A program made the position numbers and the translations under genes. A stretch of DNA of 35,172 nt. Source: Aquificaceae bacterium. GTDB lineage: Bacteria > Aquificota > Aquificia > Aquificales > Aquificaceae. The notes beneath the pieces were generated by a model. That model saw only the letters and a list, made by a program, of their open reading frames with translations, was not told the origin of the DNA and ran no database searches. The DNA is taken from positions 1 to 35,172 of the forward strand of contig JBEPZA010000001.1 in the NCBI GenBank assembly GCA_041641075.1, read 5' to 3'. Shown piece after piece: positions 30,020 through 35,172 of this stretch (its first letter is position 1; each line of letters opens with the position of its first letter).

Positions 30020-30114
30020 TAAAAACTTTTCAGTGCTCAAGTAGATACACTTAAGGATTTGTAATTTTGAAGAAAACTTTGCTAAAAAGCTCGTTAGACG
30101 GAAAAAGCTGTTAT

Positions 30115-31272
30115 TTACACAAATATGTTCAGAAGTTTGTTAAGTATCTCTTCTGCCGCTTTTAGCTTGTTTTGATTTTTAATTTCGAAGATTTCATCAC
30201 TCTTTGTTATCACATAGCCCTTGTAACTTTTGGATCCCATAACCTGTATAGGATTTACGACTATAGCGTCTAGGTTTTTTCTCCTTAACTTTTCCTTACC
30301 CAGTTGCAACATCCAATCTTCTTCTTCTAGGGCAAAACCTACAAGGACCTTTTCTCCTTTCACCTTCCCCAAGGATTCCAGTATATCTATATTTTTTACG
30401 AGTTCCAAGGTTAAAGTATCCTTTTTTTTCATCTTGCCTTTGTAGGTTTCTATGGGTCTATAATCTGCAACAGCTGCATTCATAATCACTATATCTGCCC
30501 ATTGTAGATTATCCATTACCTTTTGATACATCTCCATAGCGGACGGGGCTTTGATTATTTCCATATTTTGCGGTTCCAGAGCGGTAGTAAAACCTGCTAT
30601 CACTCTAACATTGGCACCGTACCACCTAAAAACCTTTGCCAAAGAAAATCCCATCTCACCTGTAGAGTAATTAGATATAAATCTTACGCTGTCTATAAAC
30701 TCTCTAGTAGATCCACATGTTACTAAAACATTTTTCCCTTCCAAGACTTTGGGTCTTATAGCGTACTCTATCCAGTCAATGAGTTTTTCTTTGCTGGCGA
30801 GCTTTCCTTGCCCATAATCTTGACAAGCCAGTAGCCCTTCATCCGGCTCTATTATTATGTGTCCAAGTTCTCTTAAGTGGTTCACGTGTTTTTGGACTAT
30901 AGGGTTTTTGTACATATTGGTATTAGCCGCGGGTGCTATGAGCAGATTTTTGGGGTAAGCCAATACGGTTGTGGTCAATAAGTTATCTGCCAAACCTAAA
31001 GCTATCTTCGAAAGTGTGTTTATGCTACATGGTGCAATCATGAATACATCCGCCCACTTAGCAATATTTATGTGAATGAGTGGATCATCTTCCCAATCTT
31101 TATATGTTTTGTATCCCGTTAGGGTATCAAAAGTTAGCGAGCTTACGAACCTTTCCGCGAAAGGTGTCATTATAACTCTAACATCGTGATTCGCAAGTTT
31201 TAGTTCTCTAACCACATCGCACATCTTATAGACCGAAATGCTGGATGAGATACCCAATAGCACTCTAGCCAT
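30115..31272 (-). CDS. coaBC: Bifunctional phosphopantothenoylcysteine decarboxylase / phosphopantothenate-cysteine ligase
   Basis: The N-terminal flavoprotein half (LLGISSSISVYK, PAANTNM) and the C-terminal CoaB half (VTCGSTREFIDSVRFISNYSTGEMG, AAVADYRP) are both present. The start is set at ATG 31272. The track start at 31290 is a TTG. Confidence 0.9.
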   Translation of the reverse strand: MARVLLGISSSISVYKMCDVVRELKLANHDVRVIMTPFAERFVSSLTFDTLTGYKTYKDWEDDPLIHINIAKWADVFMIAPCSINTLSKIALGLADNLLTTTVLAYPKNLLIAPAANTNMYKNPIVQKHVNHLRELGHIIIEPDEGLLACQDYGQGKLASKEKLIDWIEYAIRPKVLEGKNVLVTCGSTREFIDSVRFISNYSTGEMGFSLAKVFRWYGANVRVIAGFTTALEPQNMEIIKAPSAMEMYQKVMDNLQWADIVIMNAAVADYRPIETYKGKMKKKDTLTLELVKNIDILESLGKVKGEKVLVGFALEEEDWMLQLGKEKLRRKNLDAIVVNPIQVMGSKSYKGYVITKSDEIFEIKNQNKLKAAEEILNKLLNIFV

Positions 31273-31346
31273 TAAACATATCTTAACCAAATCTTCATCA
31301 AAACTTAATCAAAGTTTAACACAAGAGTTTTAACCTTAAAAATAAG

Positions 31347-32093
31347 ATGTTAGCTATAGTAGAAGTTCATGATGTTAGTCCTTACTACTACGATGAGTTT
31401 TGTAAGTGTTTAGAATTACTAAGTTTAACTGGGATTAGTAAGTTTAGTTTGCTCGTAATTCCAAACTTTAGGGATAGTTATCCCATATACAGGTATCCAG
31501 GTTTTGTCAATACCTTACATTACTCTGGGCAAGAGATAATAATGCATGGATACAATCACACATCCAGGTTCAAGCTAAGAGAGGCTCTTTATACCTATGG
31601 GGAGGGCGAGATGGGAGGGCTAACACTACAAGAAGTCTATAATAAAATAGAAAGCGCTATAGATATTTTCCAGATAGCTAAGATAGATACAAAGTTTTTT
31701 GTGCCTCCCGCTTGGGTATCTAATCCTTTTTTAGAGGATGTTCTTTCTTCATTTGGCTTTCTGGGTGTAGGTTACAGAAACTACGTTAAGAATATGGAAA
31801 ATAACTACACAGTGTCATCACGTGTCATCACCTTTTCTAGCAGAAAGTTGCTCTCTTACATAAGCATTAGGGTAGTTCCTACAATTTACAAGCTAATCAA
31901 GAACGATCCAGTTTTGAGACTGGCTCTGCATATGAAGGACTTTTCTAGTAAAAAGAAGATAGCCCTTTGGAGGCTTTTATTGAAAGAGATAAAAAACAGT
32001 AGGAGGTTAGTGAGCTATGGAGAGTTACTTGGCAAAGGCGGATCTTCACCTTCACTCCAAGGCTTCCAATCAGCCGGGGGGATGGTTCAGTAA
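31347..32093 (+). CDS. DUF2334-like / polysaccharide-deacetylase-fold protein
   Basis: 248 aa. The N-terminal EVHDVSP, then MHGYNH and FVPPAW motifs, resemble the DUF2334 predicted-deacetylase family. The low-complexity C-terminal tail overlaps the next gene. Confidence 0.55.
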   Translation: MLAIVEVHDVSPYYYDEFCKCLELLSLTGISKFSLLVIPNFRDSYPIYRYPGFVNTLHYSGQEIIMHGYNHTSRFKLREALYTYGEGEMGGLTLQEVYNKIESAIDIFQIAKIDTKFFVPPAWVSNPFLEDVLSSFGFLGVGYRNYVKNMENNYTVSSRVITFSSRKLLSYISIRVVPTIYKLIKNDPVLRLALHMKDFSSKKKIALWRLLLKEIKNSRRLVSYGELLGKGGSSPSLQGFQSAGGMVQ

Positions 32094-34260
32094 ACTCGTT
32101 GGGTGTCCCGAGAGTTACACGGAGCCAAAAGAGATCTACAACAGGCTGAAAGAGAGGGGGATGACATTTGTCACCATAACGGATCATAACACAATAGACG
32201 GGGTTTTAGAAATAGCGCATCACAGCGATGTGTTTATAAGCTGTGAATACACAGTTGAGTTCCCTAAGGAGGAGTTGAGTATTCACATACTGGCATACGG
32301 AATAGATGAAAACATGCATAGAGATCTTCTTATGCTGAGAGGTAATGTATACGATTTTGTACAGTACTTAAGGAGCAAAAATGTAGCCTACAGTTTAGCC
32401 CATCCTCTATATTCTGTCAAAGGTTCTAAGATTACAAAGAGCGTAATAGAAAGGTTCGTATTGTTATTTGACAATTGGGAAATCATAAACGGGACCAGAG
32501 GAGATTATGCAAGATATATAGAGGAATCCATAGCCCGTATGTACGATGGGTGGGACAAAATTCACGAGCTTGAGAACAAATACAATATGAAATCCTTGAG
32601 AACAAGACCTTTTATATCCTTTACCGCTGGTTCCGATGATCACGGTGGTATGGATGTAGGAAGAACATGGACAGCGGCACCCGCAAGAAGTGTGGGAGAG
32701 TATCTAAAAGCGCTAAAGGAAGGCAAAACCCAGGTTGAGACAGAAAATCTAGGAGACGAGAGACTTCTAAACATGATCTCTAGAGTAGCGTACGCTCATA
32801 TAAACACTAAGTATAAACTTCCCAGAGATTTAAAAGAAGTGTTGGATTATGTGTTTATGTACTCTAACAGTTTAAAAAGCGAAGTGATAATAAGGCACCT
32901 GCTTAATATAAACGGAGAAAGGCATACTATACCTAAAGAAATCCTGAAAAAATTGCCTTTCTTAAGCATACAGAGATTAATTGATTCTCCTTCGACTTCT
33001 ACTTTTGGCGAAGCTATTATATCTCTTATTCTACAGCTCGTGCCTCTTGGTATAACCTATATGAAACATCAAGAACAGTCGAAAGTGGAAGACATTGCTA
33101 AATCTATGAATATAAAGCTGAACAAAGGATACAGGCTCGCTTACATAACGGACACATACTACGAAATAAACGGAGTAGCAAGAACAGCTCGTATAGTAAG
33201 GCAAATTTCTCAAGAGTATGGACTACCTGTTGATGTAATTATTTCCGACAAAGAATCTTACAAAGAGGAAAATCTTATCTCTATAAAATCCCATGTAGAA
33301 TTTGGACTTCCCTATTATCCTGAATTTAAAGTAAGAATTCCATCCATATTGGATCTTTTGGAATTAATTCAGTATGGAAAATACACACACGTTCACGTAT
33401 CTACACCTTCAGCTCTTGGACTGATGGCTTTAATTGTTGCAAAACTACTAAATTTAAAGGTAAGCTTCACATTCCATACAGACATACCATCTTACGCCTT
33501 GGTTTACACTCAGAGCAAAGATGTGGAAGATATTCTATGGAAAGCATTTAGCATTATATGCCATGCTTGCGATAAGGTTTTCGTTCCATCAATGCATTAT
33601 GCAAGAATCATTATGATGAATACAAATTTAGATTACTCAAAAGTAAAAATCTTCAAAAGGGGTGTAAATATAGAAACCTTTAATCCGGCGAAAAAGGACC
33701 CCATGTTTTGGAACGAACTTTTGGGAATTAAGCCAAACAAAAAGGTTGTCCTTTACGTAGGAAGAGTTTCTAAGGAGAAAAACCTTGATGTCTTTCTATA
33801 TCTTGCAAAAATATTCCCAGAAGAGGCATTCGTTGTTGTAGGCGACGGACCATACAGAAGGGAGCTAGAACAAAACAAACCCAAGAACGTATTCTTCACT
33901 GGGTTCTTGGAAGGGGAAAAACTAGCAAAAGCTTACGCTTCATCTTACGTATTTGTGTTCCCATCGGAAACCGATACCTATGCGCAGGTAGTTTTGGAAG
34001 CTATGGCTAGTGGACTTCCAGTTATTGTAAGTTCTAAAGGAGCTTCACACGAGCACGTGGAAGATGGGCTAAACGGCTTTATAGCAAACTCAAAAGAAGA
34101 GTTTGCCTACAAACTAGCTTACATATTGGAAAACGAAACATTGAGAGACACGATGGCAAAGGAAGCCGTATCTTACGCAAATTCATTGGAGATAAAGTCT
34201 ACTTATTTAGAGTATTTAAGTAGGATAATGGACGGTATGCTCAACTATGAAACTGCTTGA
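32017..34260 (+). CDS. Fusion protein: N-terminal PHP-family metal-dependent phosphoesterase + C-terminal GT4 glycosyltransferase
   Basis: 747 aa with an AGGAGG RBS about 10 nt upstream. PHP motifs appear in order: DLHLHS, ITDHNT, SCEY..IHILAYG, LAHP and GSDDHGG. The GT4 part starts near residue 372 (RLAYITDTYYEINGVART) and includes VGRVSKEKN and FPSETDTYAQVVLEAMASGLPVI. Confidence 0.8.
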   Translation: MESYLAKADLHLHSKASNQPGGWFSKLVGCPESYTEPKEIYNRLKERGMTFVTITDHNTIDGVLEIAHHSDVFISCEYTVEFPKEELSIHILAYGIDENMHRDLLMLRGNVYDFVQYLRSKNVAYSLAHPLYSVKGSKITKSVIERFVLLFDNWEIINGTRGDYARYIEESIARMYDGWDKIHELENKYNMKSLRTRPFISFTAGSDDHGGMDVGRTWTAAPARSVGEYLKALKEGKTQVETENLGDERLLNMISRVAYAHINTKYKLPRDLKEVLDYVFMYSNSLKSEVIIRHLLNINGERHTIPKEILKKLPFLSIQRLIDSPSTSTFGEAIISLILQLVPLGITYMKHQEQSKVEDIAKSMNIKLNKGYRLAYITDTYYEINGVARTARIVRQISQEYGLPVDVIISDKESYKEENLISIKSHVEFGLPYYPEFKVRIPSILDLLELIQYGKYTHVHVSTPSALGLMALIVAKLLNLKVSFTFHTDIPSYALVYTQSKDVEDILWKAFSIICHACDKVFVPSMHYARIIMMNTNLDYSKVKIFKRGVNIETFNPAKKDPMFWNELLGIKPNKKVVLYVGRVSKEKNLDVFLYLAKIFPEEAFVVVGDGPYRRELEQNKPKNVFFTGFLEGEKLAKAYASSYVFVFPSETDTYAQVVLEAMASGLPVIVSSKGASHEHVEDGLNGFIANSKEEFAYKLAYILENETLRDTMAKEAVSYANSLEIKSTYLEYLSRIMDGMLNYETA

Positions 34261-35172
34261 TCTGACGCCGTATTTTCACAAAAAAAGTGGCGGTATAAAA
34301 AGTTTCATACTAAAAAAGACGGAGTACCTACCAAGATACGACGTGCAACATGTAGTGGTTATACCGGGCAGAGAAAGAAAGAAATACACGCACGGTTACA
34401 CGGTGTTTTATGAAGTTCCGTCCTTCCACATACCCTTTTCGGGCGGGTATAGATTCTTCAGTGGACTAAAGGAAATTAAAGAGATTATACAAGAGGAGAA
34501 ACCGGATGTCGTGGAGCTTGGTGGAACATACACCATAGCTCCCTTTTTTGCGGATAAAGATTACTTATTGTCTATATTTTATCACTCGGATGCCCAAAAG
34601 GAGTTGGGATTCATACCATCAACAAAGTATATGAAAGAACGCTTTTTCAATCTTCTGATAGACAAGTGCATATCCAAGGCGGATTTAGTTCTCAGTCCTT
34701 CCGAAAAATACTCACAAGCTCTGAAAGAAAAAATAAGCAAAGTGTATACGTGCCCCCTTGGTGTAGATACAAAGGTATTTAATCCTAACAAAAGAGATGA
34801 GAACTCCTTTAGAAGGAAATTTAACATACAAGAAGAGACCATTCTTCTATACGTCGGTAGACTAACGGTAGAAAAGAGGATAGATATGCTAATAAGCGCC
34901 TTTGAACACTTGGATAAAAAGTTATACCATCTGTTAATAGTCGGCTCTGGACCTCTGAAGTTTTACGTAAAAGCTAAGTCCAAAATGCTTAAAAATATAA
35001 CGTATATTGATTACATAGCTTCTCAGGAAGAATTGTCTTACATATATGCCAATTGCCACATTTTTGTTAGTGCTTCCAAGTATGAAACTTTTGGGTTGGC
35101 ATTTTTGGAAGCTCAATCAAGTGGCTTGCCTGTTGTAGCCTTTGATCTAAACTTAGAGACTCAGATTCTAAA
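34247..35172 (+). CDS. GT4-family glycosyltransferase (5' part; continues past the window end)
   Basis: This frame is open from ATG 34247 to the window edge and is absent from the ORF track because it has no stop. My own translation reads MKLLDLTPYFHKKSGGIKSF...LYVGRLTVEKRID...SASKYETFGLAFLEAQSSGLPVV, which contains an E-x7-E motif. It overlaps the upstream gene by 14 nt. Confidence 0.75.
   Translation, partial: MKLLDLTPYFHKKSGGIKSFILKKTEYLPRYDVQHVVVIPGRERKKYTHGYTVFYEVPSFHIPFSGGYRFFSGLKEIKEIIQEEKPDVVELGGTYTIAPFFADKDYLLSIFYHSDAQKELGFIPSTKYMKERFFNLLIDKCISKADLVLSPSEKYSQALKEKISKVYTCPLGVDTKVFNPNKRDENSFRRKFNIQEETILLYVGRLTVEKRIDMLISAFEHLDKKLYHLLIVGSGPLKFYVKAKSKMLKNITYIDYIASQEELSYIYANCHIFVSASKYETFGLAFLEAQSSGLPVVAFDLNLETQIL

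Noticed and set aside
30020-30114. The convergent spacer between the EAL gene and coaBC as a bidirectional intrinsic terminator. The same was considered for 5069-5127.
   Set aside because: I could not find a GC-rich hairpin followed by a T-run on either strand, only short weak inverted repeats. No terminator call can be supported.

Overview
This 35.2-kb window is mostly densely packed core genome. Protein-coding DNA is AT-rich and the rRNA/tRNA genes are very GC-rich, the usual signature of a thermophile. The rRNA sequences, scattered flagellar genes and pervasive 1-4 nt gene overlaps look Aquificota-like, but this is tentative and cannot be verified without a database.

Contents in order:
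- 1-3560 (minus): the promoter-proximal part of an rRNA operon, 16S - tRNA-Ile(GAT) - tRNA-Ala(TGC) - 5' ~1.74 kb of 23S. A 25-bp processing stem brackets the 16S, and three tandem consensus promoters lie at 3645-3844.
- 3956-5068 (plus): an S41 C-terminal processing peptidase.
- 5128-14833 (minus): P-loop kinase, DsbA-like protein, ispH, thioredoxin-like protein, truB, a group-2 sigma factor, htrA, bioC, a bioH-like hydrolase, tRNA-Arg(TCT), tRNA-Pro(TGG), gap, flgI, flgH.
- 14888-17387: purF (plus), then mtnP and a stand-alone CBM48 protein (minus).
- 17422-30019 (plus): orphan ORF, pgk, IMPase-family protein, tandem USP, TPR protein, LptF/G-like permease, nitronate-monooxygenase-family protein, flgG, polyprenyl synthase, 4x[4Fe-4S] protein, rplS, rnhB, rsmH, ftsL-like protein, EAL-domain protein.
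- 30115-31272 (minus): coaBC.
- 31347-35172 (plus): a glycosylation cluster of a DUF2334-like deacetylase, a PHP::GT4 fusion and a second GT4 that runs off the window.

I saw no CRISPR array, IS element, integrase, prophage or recognisable defence system.

The best candidates for something undescribed are:
1. The overlapping deacetylase / PHP-phosphoesterase::GT4 / GT4 module at the 3' end.
2. The bioH-like ORF, whose catalytic core starts on the nucleotide after a tRNA and has no canonical start codon.

Both are hypotheses built from motifs read by eye. Neither is a demonstrated novel system.
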